Of a stretch of 64,000 nucleotides of DNA, positions 26,671 through 38,952 are shown piece by piece. The notes below the pieces were generated by a model. The model ran no database searches. It saw only the letters and a list, made by a program, of their open reading frames with translations, and had not been told where the DNA came from. A program made the position numbers and the translations under genes. How positions within the stretch are numbered: the stretch's first letter is position 1; every line of letters starts with the position of its first letter. The stretch is from Lama glama (Eukaryota). The stretch lies in contig CM052816.1 of NCBI GenBank assembly GCA_028534125.1, forward strand, positions 1,054,001-1,118,000, in the 5' to 3' direction.

Positions 26671-28696
26671 TTACTTTCCGCAAGGAAGAAATTCAGTTAC
26701 TGATTCAAGGATCTCAGTCTTGCCTGAGTTTCCCTTACGAGCCTATTTCTTGCCTATTACGAGCCTCTCCATGATCCCTCTTCCCAGCCTCAAATGAATA
26801 CCGTCCACTGAGCCCAAACAGCGAGAGCCAGACTGAGGTCGCGCCCTGGGGCAGAGAACCTCCCGCTGGACCTTATCTTTCGGGCTCCAAATATATGTTG
26901 CAGAGGCGGCTGCTGGCCCATGTCCCACCCTTGTGTGAATCAGGAAAAGCCGTGGCCGTCAACTGGGGATGCCTTGTGTGGGAGTAGCCTGCAGGCCATG
27001 AGAAGGCCCTGGGAATACAGCTCCTGCGTGGCCCCCTGGGCTGGGGGTGAGGAGAGTGCACTCAGCACATGGACTGAGTCTTTATTTGGTTTGGATTCAG
27101 CAGGAAAGCCAACTTGGATGGCATGGGCTTTGTAGAAGCTTGTAAACTGAATGAAGCACAGAATCTTAGTGGTCTGCCACCTGGATTCCACAAAAGGGTT
27201 TCCAGGGTTGGCGGGGGGGGTCTTGAAACGCCCTGAAATTTTATATAAAACATGTGGGGACTTAACATTCTTCTGGAGAGAGAGTCTGTAACTCTCAACA
27301 GCTTGCCCCAAAGCTCTGTGTTTTCTGCCACATACATACACAAATAACAAAATGTAAGAAAACCACCGGTATGGTCTAACCTTTCGGTTTACAAATCAGG
27401 AAGAAACAGAAATGTTCAGAAAGGTCACGGAGCTCATTAGTGGTCCAGTCTGAGTGAAAATTCAGGTCCACAGCTCAAATAATAGAACTCTTTATGCTTG
27501 AGGGAGTCAGCGCAAGATGGCCCCAACAAAACATCATCCGGAGAATTCCACCTTGTCAGGAATGTCCCAGAAGTGGCAGCAAGACCTCAGAGAGAGATGT
27601 CCCCAGGACGAGCGATGCTGTGCTTCCAAACATGAGGCTCCTGCTGCCCCAGGCCCCTTGCCCAGATGCATGTGGGCCAGAACAGGCCTGCGGTGGTGGC
27701 AGAGCAGATCAGGGGCCACTAGGGATGAACACTGTCCCCCTGCGGCTCCCCCCACTGTCTCCTGTCCCACGCACGCACACTTGCAGGCACCTGCAAGGGG
27801 CCAGGCAGAGACGCAGGAAACCTGTGGGCTGGAAAGCCACAGGCTGCTCAGCTAATGCTGTAAAACAAAAATTTTTTTTCAAAGTCCTAAAACCCACACA
27901 AATATGCTCGGCCCTCACATTACTACCAAGGCTGTGTGTGGGTGGGATGGCCTTTTACAGCCACACTCACCTTTCTCAGACAAGGCCTCCCCTTCTTGGG
28001 TGCCTGTAAGACTCATTTCATTTCATCACTTTTAAATTATTGGGGACAGTGCCACCAGTTTCCCCCGATGGCTTACTTCCAGGATATCCTAGTTTCATTA
28101 AAAAAAACAAAAACTTAGGAATTACCATAATAAGTAGGAATCATGGATAACACAGGGGCCAGGCACTGTAGTAAGCACCTGACCTTATAATTTCATCTTC
28201 ACAGTAAGGATAAATACTATTACTGTCCCTATTTTATCGACAGAGAAACTGGGGCCAAAGAGAGTAACTTGCTCAGTCACAAAACTTGAAGGAGGCAGAG
28301 TGAGGATTTAAATCCAGGTCTTTTGGATTCCAGCTTCTAAACTCTCAGCTGTTCTGCTATGTTAGGCAAAACTGCACTGAGGGAGAGAGGGTGCTGGTTG
28401 GAATTTCTGAGGATCCATGGTTTTCCTCCGCCCTCTTCAAAAATTGCACAAACGAGAAGATGCCCATCTTAAGTTCTAGATCTCCTTCCGGTGAGAATCA
28501 GAGCTTCAGAGACTTCGACTATTAAATCCAGAAGAACTACAGAGATCATCTCTTCTAAGCTCCTCATTTTACAGGTGAGGACAGAAAGGTCCAGAGAGGG
28601 CAAGCCACACATGCAGGACACACAGCTAGTTAAGTGGTCCCTTGACTTCCAAGTCCAGGAAGCCATCTGCTGTGCTGATGTCTCCAGAGTGGGAGA

Positions 28697-28796
28697 CTTC
28701 TTTCCTTTTTTTATTCTTAACCTCATGTTTCAGCTTTATTTCCTTTTTTTAGTTTAAGTATAGTCAGTTTACAATGTTGTGGTAATTTCTGGTGTA
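28697..28796 (-). mobile_element. ~100-bp L1 3'-tail insertion
   Basis: T-rich tail, reverse complement of an L1 3' end, perfect 13-bp TSD CCAGAGTGGGAGA at 28684-28696 and 28797-28809. Confidence 0.75.
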
Positions 28797-29583
28797 CCAG
28801 AGTGGGAGATGCTTTATCCATTGTTGTATGAAAGATGATTTTAGGGGCACAGAGATGAAACTTTAAATAACATGGATTCTTTTAACGAGAAAAAATATTC
28901 CCTTTGACTTCTTTGGTTCTCTGACTAGTTTAAGGATAGTCTGGTTTAGGGGTGACTATGTCTAACAGCTCTTTAACATTTGTTGAACCCCCTTTTTCCT
29001 CGAGACAGAATAGACCCTTGGTGGAAAAGCAAAGTATAAGTATCAGCAAGAATATAGGAACATTGTTTTATTTCTTTGGGTTTTTGGGGTTTTTTTTAGG
29101 TTACCCTCTATTTATGCCAAGTGATTTAAGTTTTCCACTTATACATTCATTTAAATTTCCATTTAAATATATGTATTTAGGTTAAAGAAAAATTAAATCC
29201 AAAGAAAAATATTAAATGAATACTTTTCGCTTGCTATAACAGAGTGACTTCAAAAATAATTTCAGTGAAAACACAACGTACATGTAACTTCATAATCACT
29301 TGTTAAGCAAATGACCCAACATTAGAAGTAAAACTTGAAAGCACATGACTCTAAGCACAGTGTGTTCATGTGACTAGGAAGGGAGCATACTACCTGGAGG
29401 GTCAGCTCCACGCTCTGTGACTCCCGCTTCACCGCAGCCTGCCCCCTTCCCTCCCAGGGGCCCCCGGGGAGACAATCACGCCACCTCGGAGGAATGTGAC
29501 CCGAGGCCATTACAAGGACAAGGGAGCTACGCAAGGCCAGCGCGCTTTGAATGTGGGAGCCGCTCGCAGCCGTGGAAGAGGTG

Positions 29584-29602
29584 CGCCGCCCCCTGGTGGA
29601 CA
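29584..29602 (-). promoter_or_regulatory. Strong CTCF consensus motif in a small CpG-rich patch
   Basis: Minus-strand GTCCACCAGGGGGCGGC matches the CTCF core CCASYAGRKGGC. Confidence 0.65.
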
Positions 29603-31117
29603 GTTTGGAGAATTACCCCTGGTGTGTCTGTGTAGGCAAGCCTGTTAACTCGCGGCAAGTAGCACCTTCCTTCGTATTATACGTCTGCATATATGTCAAC
29701 ATAGAAATACATTGCCTTTGAATTTCACTTCAGGATATAAAGGAAGTGTTAAAAAAAATGCTTGTTACAGAAAGGGGTGTGTGTGTCTGGCAAGGTTGAG
29801 AACCACCATCCTAGAGCGGTTAGACCCTCTCCCTGCTTCAGCCCCACGGAGACCACAGAACGAAGTGTTATTTCCTCTGCCTGACTGGACTCTCTGGTCT
29901 TCTTCCGTCCAAATTCTGCCTTCCACCGGGCCCAGGCCTCCCTCCCTCCAGCTCACAGCCTCTCACCCTCCTGCTCTCGGCACACTTCCCTGGATTTGAA
30001 CCAGCTCCACCACACCTGGGCCTCACACAAGTTACTTAACCATCAGAGCCCGGGCTTCCAGCTGTGAAAAATGAGTGCCTACACCCGCGGCCGGTGCCGT
30101 GGCTCCGAGAGTCCAGGGCGTGATGCAGGTGAAGCACTTAGCATGGCCCTGGCACAGAGTCTACGAGCCATAATGTCAGCTGATGGCGGTGACAGCCAGT
30201 CTCCCTTCCACCAACCCCTCACCCCCAGTTTTACTTAGTCTCCATCGTTGTGTATGGACTGATGAAAACAGAGTCAGGATTTTCAGACAACACTTAACCA
30301 CACTCACCAAGCTGAGAGGGTCCTGAAGACAAAATCTGGAACTGCCACCCATCTCAGCTAAAAGAGCATTTCCAAATTAAGAGAAAGCAGATGATGAATG
30401 AATGAGGAAGGACGTGCCCTCTAATGGCACAGTTACCTAACTTGGGAAGAAAAGCAGATACTGGAAATGGAAAGCAGAGGACCACAGTAATTTTCAAGGA
30501 GATGGAAAAAGCCAACAGTTAAACTGAGGCGGGGGGACAGCGATGCCTGGAAGACACAGTGGGAAGGGTCAAGAACATGAAACACAATAATGCTTATTAC
30601 TTAAGACAATTCCCAATACAGGGTAAGCAACTAAATAGTTTCCTAAAGGTGGAGAGCGGACCTCACTGTCAGTAAATTGCCTGCTGTGGTCGTCAAAGCA
30701 GCTAACTGAAGAGCCCAAGTAGGGAGAGGTTCTCAGGTTTAGAGCCTTCTGAATTCTGATCACTGAATACAGTGCTGAAGTCATTAGAAACTAAATAGAA
30801 CCAGCAACAAAGAATGTGTAGCAACATATACTTAATGAGCTGCAAGTGGCTCTTCTAATTAAGAAGTCTAATATGTCACTAGTTAATGGTCACAAAAAGT
30901 ACACATTGAGGGGTTTATGTTTCAGGGAAAACAGTGGCAGCTTCTAAAAGAAGCTGTTAAACCAGAGGGTTTCAAGGTAAGTTTTTCAAATCAGACAAAC
31001 TTCTCGTCAGATTATAGACTCTTGTCTCTTAAACACTTCAAGTAGTTTTCGTATCGTTTTAAGCAAATTCCAAACAATACCAACCACAATATTAAGAAGA
31101 GTCTGTTAAAGAACAGC

Positions 31118-31123
31118 TTTATT
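31118..31123 (-). terminator. PTTG1: PTTG1 polyadenylation signal AATAAA
   Basis: TTTATT on the + strand, about 50 nt after the PTTG1 stop codon. Confidence 0.8.
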
Positions 31124-31171
31124 AATACAAACTATTAATACATACACACAAACGATAAAGTGCTAAGAAAT

Positions 31172-34100
31172 TCAGATATCGAAATTGTAGCAAACAGGTG
31201 GCAATTCAACATCCAGGGTTGACAGAATGCTCGAGGGAGACTGCAACAGATCTAGAAAACAGAAATTTCGAATTCAGTATCAGCAAATCCTCGTGTCTTG
31301 TCAACAGAGACAGCTGTCACTTTTAATCAAGAATTCATGTTTTTCCCTTTGTCTAATCAATTCTCACCCCTACCCCATCTACACACACAAACACACAGAC
31401 CACACACCCACTTACTTCTTGGAATGTGGCTATGGTCCCAGAATTAACCTTCATTAGGAAATAAATCCTAGAAGTACCCCAAACTCTATCGTTCTTAGGG
31501 ACTCAAGTAAAAGCCAACAATTATCACTAGTGTGACTTAAAAAACAGCTTAAGTTATTCCATCAGAACAAACAGGAAACATACTGATGACAGCCTCTGAC
31601 CACCAGTCAGGACCAAGACCTCAAACCTTCTGCAGTAAGGTTTGCCCATCTAAGCTACTGCACGGGTCTTGATCCAGCGTTAGCTTTGGATATAACTTAG
31701 AATTCTTATTCCAACCAATTTTACTACAGTTCAGCTTATAACCTAAGAAGTTATATGCTCACTTTCATCTTGTGTTCCTTGTATCTAAGACTGTCCAGAT
31801 TCCAGAATGACTTCATTTTACTGGGCATTAATGGGACTAAAAAGCACTGTGAGTTGAGAATAGTTTTCATCATCCTCAAATCTTACCCCTGTAATTTGCA
31901 GGATAGGAATTACGTGCAGGCTAACCTTCTGCACAACTCCATCCCCACAATAAAGAAGTGTGATGGCACAGACTGTTCGCGGCCCATCTAGAAGGGGCAC
32001 AAGTTCACTTACTAGACTCCCACGGTGGAGGAGGCATCTTCAGAGGCGAAGGGGGGCCCAGGTGTAACAGCTGTTCCAAGTGTCTCTCCTCGTCCAGCAT
32101 CATGAGAGGCACTCCATTCAAGGGGAGCTGAGCGATCTGGTGCTCCTCAGGCAGGTCGAAACTCTCAAAATCTGCCGCAGAGAGAAAGCACTTTGTCAGG
32201 GCAGCGGTCCTTAGGGTGGTCAGTGGACCCCTGGGGGGTCTGAGACCCTTTCCCAGGGCCCATGACATCAAACTAATGTTTTCATCATAATATTAACTTC
32301 TCCCGCCGTGTTGACATCGGCAATGGTGGACAAAATTGCTGGGCTCTGGCACCCAATAAGGCCGTGGCAATAAACTATTTTGTAGTCACTGTATTCCTCA
32401 CTGCCAGCCACCTGCAGTGAAAGATGCCTGCTTCACACAGTAGGACCGCTTTACCATCTGTGGTAAAAAGTATTGATTTTATCAGTTTCAACCCTTGAGA
32501 ACGTGTCCTTTTAGTATTCTGTGTGATAAAATGTGAAGGACGCCCTGAAACATGTCTACTGCCTACTCAGGTATCATGCTGTTCTTGAAGGAAAAAGATT
32601 TGTGCGATCACTTCATTTGCAAGCTAAGTTAGGGGCCTTATTCCTGGACACCATTTACTTGAAAGAACTGAAAGGCCAGCTGTGGTTACTCGGACTTGGG
32701 CATTTGTTGCCCATTTTCTCCAAGGAACGAAAACTGTCTGTCACTTCAAGGGAAACAGTATTTGTTGCCAATGATAAAGTTTACGATTTCAAGACAAAAA
32801 AAAAAAAAGACAAGAACTTCAGGAAACTTATCTGTAATTGTTACCTTAACAGCCTCCTAATACTGAAGACTTTTCTAATGAGCTCAGTGATTTTATGACT
32901 CTGCCTTTGATCCTGCATATTCAAACATTTTTACATTTGTATGACCTACATTTCCCAGCAAACCAGTTATTTCTAAATGATCAATGTGTGATAAATGCAG
33001 GATAAAAGATGTTTTCGAAGTGCAAAACGGACCAATGGATTTTATGGTCAGCATACACAACACTCACCGAGATGGATTCAGATTCCACAATATAACTATA
33101 TATTCAGAAACCACCACCTGTTGAGTTTTAGTTTAATAGCCAAGAAATCTATCCATACTTACCTGAAAAGACTTAAAATGCTTCTCTTTCCTAACTACTA
33201 TCTGCATGAGGCCAGATTTTCTTCATCCATTTCAACCAAAACAACAGATTGAATGCAAGCTCTGCTGTGAATGTAGCTGTTTATGTTAAGTCAAATTAAG
33301 CAAATTTTCAAAAAAGCATGCCATTCTTCTCATTAAATTTTTTATGTAAGAAAAAGCTTTAAGCCATGTACATTAATGTTGGCTTATTGTTTTTTTAACA
33401 AATAATACTTTTTTTCACTTCTCAGTTTTAATTTCTAATACAGGATATGAAAACAACACACAGAAGTTCTTTGGGGTCCTAATTTTTTAAGAGTGTAAAA
33501 ATCCTAAAACAAATATTAAGAATCACTGTTTTAGGCGACGTTTCTTCTTAAAATCCAAGTGCAGTACTGCTTAGGAATTATGTACAACTGATTTTTCTCG
33601 ACAGTAATAAAAGATTTAAATATTGAGTCTTGCCTCTCTCCAAAGAGGTAAAAGAAATGAACAAATTTCTAGAAATATACATCCTGCTAAGACTTAATCA
33701 TGAAGAAACAGACAATCTGAAAAACTGATCACTAATACTAGAATTGACTTTGTAATTTAAGAAACTACCAGCAAATAGCTTAATTTAAGCCTTTTCTCAA
33801 AAGCTAAGAACAAAGATGGAGGGAGAACTGTAATTTTCTCAAGTGTGTGAAACATCTCTAAATCCTAAATGCTAAGAATTAGTCTATTCTTGTTCAAGCC
33901 TGATAAAGCGCAGAATTCAAAAAGGAATAGATTTGTGACTACTTAATTTAAATCACTGAATGGTAGAGATAAACATCAACTGACAAAAGACCCCGGAGGA
34001 AATGGGTGTGCAACATACAGGGCTGACTTCCTTTACCCACAGAGAGCCCTTTGCACACACACAGTATAAGAAGGTCACACAATCAAGAGAAAACAGAGAT

Positions 34101-37100
34101 GCAAACAGGAAATTTAAAAGGAAAAACCAATTAGGCCAATAATCAAAGATGCTCAGACACTCACATACCCCAATTGAAAACATGAGATACCCACTACCTT
34201 TCTGATAAAGATTAGAGTTTTAAGACATTTGCAGTTAGAGGAGATGGGGGGATGCGGGCACCCTCACCCACTGTAGGTGGCTTCAGTCCTCCCCGTGTGC
34301 CCTCTGTGAGCCCCGCAGGGCCAGACTCTGCCTTGGTTCCTGGTCACTCCCTCACCAACCTCCCCTGACCATCTTCTCAAGAGAGGCAGAGTCTTAGGGG
34401 CCATGTGAGGAAGGACAGACAGTGCTATCTCTCACCACTTCCTGCCTGGTATCCCCAACCCCTGATGCTCCTATTTGGGAAGGCAACCCAGCATTCTCTC
34501 TTTTCTCCAACACAGCACATTATCGTCCTCTTCCCTGGCCAATGCGCGTGAGTCTACCTCATTTTCCTGAACGGTCATCATTAGAATGGATGTACCGCAT
34601 TTTATCAACACTTAATCACACACCTTTAAGACCCAGCAATCCTCCTTGAAGCTTACTCTCCAGATATACTCACAAATGCTCAACAAAAATCTCAGTAATA
34701 CTAAGTGCAGAATTGTTTTTTAATAAATGAAAGTCAGAAATAACCTGCATGTGTGCTGGTAGAATGACTAAGTGCTCTTTGGATAAAAAGGGCAAAAAAA
34801 TCCAACTCGGAAATCTGAAAAGCCCTGTGTGATCTGCCCCATTCCCTCGCCAGCATCATCCTTTCCGTTTCCCAGAGCAACCCCATCCTTTCATCTGCCT
34901 CAGGATCTTGGCACACACTGTTATCTGGTACAGCGCTCCTGCACTGCCCCACCCCTTCTTCACCCAGTTGTCTCCTTGTATCTTTGAGGATCCACTTGGT
35001 GTCACTTCTTGAGAGAAATTCCTGCTCTTCCAGGCAAGGTTCAGGTCCCCAGCAGCCCAGGCCCCGTTTTTTCCCTTGTTCACACTCAAAGCGAGATGAT
35101 TCCTTCAGCGCCTGACTTTCCCTCCAAATCCCGTGCTGGGGGGGTGGGGGGAGGTTAGTTCTTGGTAAACACTGCATCTCAAGCCTAACAGTGCCTAACT
35201 TACATGCAGTAGCCTCTCCTCAAATGGGAGTAAATTAAAGCTTGACGAGCTGGTTCTATAATACAAAATATTTCAGATACATGTAACAGGTTGAAGGAGT
35301 GAAAAAGCACGCATTTTCACTGACCGTGTGGATTCTTCAGGCATCATTCAACTTGACAAAAAGCCTACTTCCTAAAAGGCTTGCTAGGAAGACTGTCCAC
35401 TTTAGCCCTGTTCAGCATTAGTGAACACATCTTACTTCCCCCAGGTGGTAAGCTTGTGGGAACAGGAACGATGTTCTCCACATCTTTGCCCCCCCACCTT
35501 CCCCTTTGGACCTAAGATGATAACTTACAGATAAACTCACAAGTATATTTGCTCAAAGCAACCCAGACTCAGACGGCTTTGTTCGTTTTGGGTCACGTGT
35601 CGTATTCATATGTGTATCAAGTTACAGCTGAATTGGATCTTAAGAAAAACTCAAGGCTAAACCATTTGTGCGACCCCAAAAGACAATACCTAGTGGATTG
35701 AAGGGAAAGAATTTTTCTATCTCTGGATAGGTGTCATCTGAGGCAGGAACAGAGCTTTTTGCTTTCACGGTCTTCTCAGTGATCTATAACAAGCCAAGAA
35801 AACATGCTTTAGTGATGGTGGAAGCCTTGTCTACTGATCAGTGCAAGAGATCGTAGGGCTTCTTCAAGACGTGACTGGTTCACCACAGTTTAGATTTTTT
35901 CAGCTTCATCCTGACTTCTAAGAAACCATAACCCTTAGTTACACGCTTACACACAAATACAGGTGAGCAAGTAATTCTAGTGATCATGGCTCAGAAATGA
36001 AGTCTGTGATTTAAGTATTAGCACCTGTTAGCCTAAGTTACCAAGAACACAGAGCAGAGTTAACTCAGAGCTAATCAACTCAATCACCCAACCTCACAGA
36101 GGAGAAAATGGACATGAATTACCCAGAATAGAAGCTAATCCTAGAAGCCATTTTTGGCTGTTGGAAACGTGATTTTCCATTTGTGTGTCCATCGGTGTTA
36201 CCTACATTATTTGGTTAATATTAAAAAAGAAAAAAACCAGATTGTGTTCCTCAAATACACACACTGAATAAGAGGCGGCAAAAGACAGCTGAGGACTTCG
36301 GAAGCCCACCGTGGAAAACTCCCTAGTCTGGAATTGGCAGGTAGGCAGCCTATGAGAGTGGTGGGCCACACAAAACAGAAGCCTGGGTGGTCTCAATTCA
36401 TTCTTACCTCACACGTGCACACCTAGAGGAAATCCCTACGGAAGGTTTCCCACACTCTCTCACATTCTCATTATTTTTGCCATATCCTTGCAATACTTGT
36501 ATTTAACATTTCTCTTACTCAACTCAGTTTGTTTTTTTAGAAAACATCCTTGTCCTAAAACCACACATCTAAGTCAAGTATTAGTTGTTTCTTCTTAATA
36601 CACAGTAAACACAAAAACAAATATTCAAATGAAGTGGTAAGCCACACGCTGAAGTCACCTTTCATAGCCAAGTCCTCTCAGTCTGGGCTGCACTGACGTA
36701 CAGCTTGTACAACACAGAGATCAACATGCTAGCAAGTTACCGCCTAAAAAGCTGGTGCTTGCTCTGGAAGAGGGGGAGGACAGTAGCTGCATCTCACCTG
36801 TTACATGAGCAACGTGACCTCTTGCAGAACACCCTCCCTCCCAGTCTTTTTTGTACTTTCAGTAAGTAGATACTACCAGCCAATCTGCTTCAAGACACTC
36901 ATTAAGGACAGGTGAGGCAAAAAATATTCACCAGCTGTTTTTTGAGACTTCTCGTCTCGAGATACAGAGAAGTCCACGATACCATACGATTCTCTTCTGC
37001 TAATCTATGTTAGCTCGTCTATGTTTCCTTCCATTCACACAGGAGAAAGGTAGGATGTCATCTGAAGAGTCAGAAGAGCTGAAATGAGCGTTTTTATAGC

Positions 37101-37731
37101 CAACACTTACCTTTTTGGTAGAGAAGGTTGTCTGTATCTGTTTGAGGGGTCCATTAGTCTTTACTGATTTTTCTGTAGCTCTGTTGACAGTTCCCAAAGC
37201 CTTTCTGGCAGTTTTAGGTAAGGCTGGTGGAGCATCAAACATTTTGCCAACATGTGGTGTTGAAACCTGCGACCTCCCGTCCAAAGCTTTGACTGCTAAA
37301 GAAAAAGTCTTACCGTAAGATTACTCCACAGTAAAACACCTGTGCAGCTTGAAAGCTGACTGTGCCCATAAACTTGGCCTCATTTTCACTCCCAAAATTA
37401 ACCCCCAGTTTTGACAGTGGCAGTCATAGGCCTAATAGTACTTCAAGTCGGTACCCTCTTAAATAATCTCATTAAGATACTGAAAATGAGAAAGAGATCG
37501 GTAACACGCTGCACCAGCAGTGCTGGGTAAACGACTCCAGTAGCCAACAAAAGCACATGAAATGCCTCCCTCCCAGCTCCGGGCCACACCCACCGCTGGT
37601 TCACAACACCTGTGCATCTGACCGCCGCCTGCATACTTACAAGGCCCAGACCCCAGCTTCAGCCCGTCCTTAGGAGCCACACGGGTGCCTGGTTCTCCAT
37701 TTTCCTTATCAACAAAGATCAGAGTTGCCAT
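31172..37731 (-). CDS. PTTG1: Securin (pituitary tumor-transforming gene 1), 202 aa; coding exons 37731-37641, 37295-37111, 35783-35690, 32171-32013, 31251-31172
   Basis: Translation [15 protein letters not shown]...RKALGTVN...[30 protein letters not shown]...[44 protein letters not shown] box, D-box and PxxP motifs present. All introns GT-AG. Exon lengths 91+185+94+159+80 = 609 nt. Confidence 0.97.
32202..33528 (+). mobile_element. Charlie1-like hAT DNA transposon (internally deleted) in the PTTG1 intron between coding exons 3 and 4
   Basis: Left end CAGCGGTCCTTAGGGTGG...GGACCCCTGGGGGGTCTGAGACCCTTTC; right end TTTGGGGTCCT...AAGAATCACTG. Decayed transposase peptides in ORFs 32533-32898 and 32995-33252 ([15 protein letters not shown] resembles hAT PFxTTYLCExGFS). 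Confidence 0.8.
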
Positions 37732-37949
37732 TCCGGATTCCTAGGGGTGTGAAATACTCATCAGACCCTGGGGGTTAGGGAGGATGAGAAAAGCTAAGGT
37801 GTAGCAGAGACCCGACTTTCCGCCCTGGGCACGCCCACGCAAACAAGGACTAAGCAGAGAGAGAAGCCCGATCTTGAGCCAACGGGCACTTCATCCAGCG
37901 TTTAACTCTTGAAGTCTGCGTCAGCGACCCTAAATTCCAAAAGAGTTGG

Positions 37950-38420
37950 CGGTTTGGGACTGGCACAGGCCCTGGTGCTCATCGCGGGTCGCGGACGCAG
38001 TCCAAGGCGGCGGCTCAACCCGGCTCGGTGGGAAATCCCAGGCCCCAGACCCCCAGCCCTGGGCCCCCGACCCCTGGTTCCCGGCCCCCACCCACCGTCC
38101 GCCTCATACCTCGCCAGACCCCGCCGGACCCCGCCGGCTCTACTACGCGCGCCGGCTGTACCACGCGCGCCCTTTCCTTTCCACTCACCCACGTAGGGAG
38201 CCGCAGCCACGCTCTCCCAAGACTCGGTCTCCAGCGGGCGCGCCGGACTCCGCGTTTAAACCACAACTTACGCTCCTATTGGTTCATCCGCCCAGGAGGC
38301 GGGACCGGGGCGCGGCGGCGTCTCCAGGAGGAACCAATGGGAGGAAACCTGAGCTCCGCCCCGAAGGCTTTTCCCGGGAAGCTTGTGGCTTGTTTCCCGG
38401 GAAGAAAACCAAACCCGCTG
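37950..38420 (-). promoter_or_regulatory. PTTG1: PTTG1 CpG-island promoter and non-coding exon 1 (donor at 38189/38188)
   Basis: CCAAT boxes at 38278-38282 (minus) and 38334-38338 (plus), GC boxes at ~38288-38303, CHR-like TTTAAA at 38255-38260 (G2/M promoter architecture), minus-strand donor GG|GTGAGT. Confidence 0.8.
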
Positions 38421-38952
38421 ACACCTTGATCACGGATTTCTAGTTGTTTTCTGACCTGCTCTTCACAGAGATAGAAGGCGAGTAGGTATGGTCTCGAATT
38501 CCAAGAAATAAATAATAATAATTATTATAATACCAAGATACAGAGTCATAGTGGGTTTTGTTTTGTTTTTTTCCTGAGACACTTGGGTGTCCAAGATGTT
38601 TTTAAATGAAAAAGACTGTGAGGTTCATAAAGCCAAGAAGAGGTGATGACAGGACTATTTTTCCTAATGTCTTTAACTAATCAACTATTTTTCCGGAGCG
38701 AAACAGACCGGATCAAATCAAAAAAAAAAAAAAAAAAAAAGAGGCAGCGCTGGAGAAAAGGCATTGTAGTCACCAGAAAAATGACTAAAAAAGATGGATA
38801 CATGATACTTGTATTTCAAATAGAGATATGAAAAATACATATACAGTCAATATATAGTCAGGTGGCAGGAAAAAAAACCCATATTAGGTCTAGAGAATAC
38901 TAGCAAAGCAGAATTAAAAATTAAGAAGAAACGTTAAGTACAAATAGATAAA

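Noticed and set aside
27494..28009. 171-aa ORF and other intergenic ORFs of 100-160 aa (e.g. 17641, 34734, 58559)
   Set aside because: No recognisable homology or splice context; several overlap decayed repeats.
37902..38443. Overlapping Pro/Arg/Gly-rich ORFs (also at 8663-9350 and 56439-56937)
   Set aside because: Expected by-products of stop-poor CpG islands; no recognisable domains.
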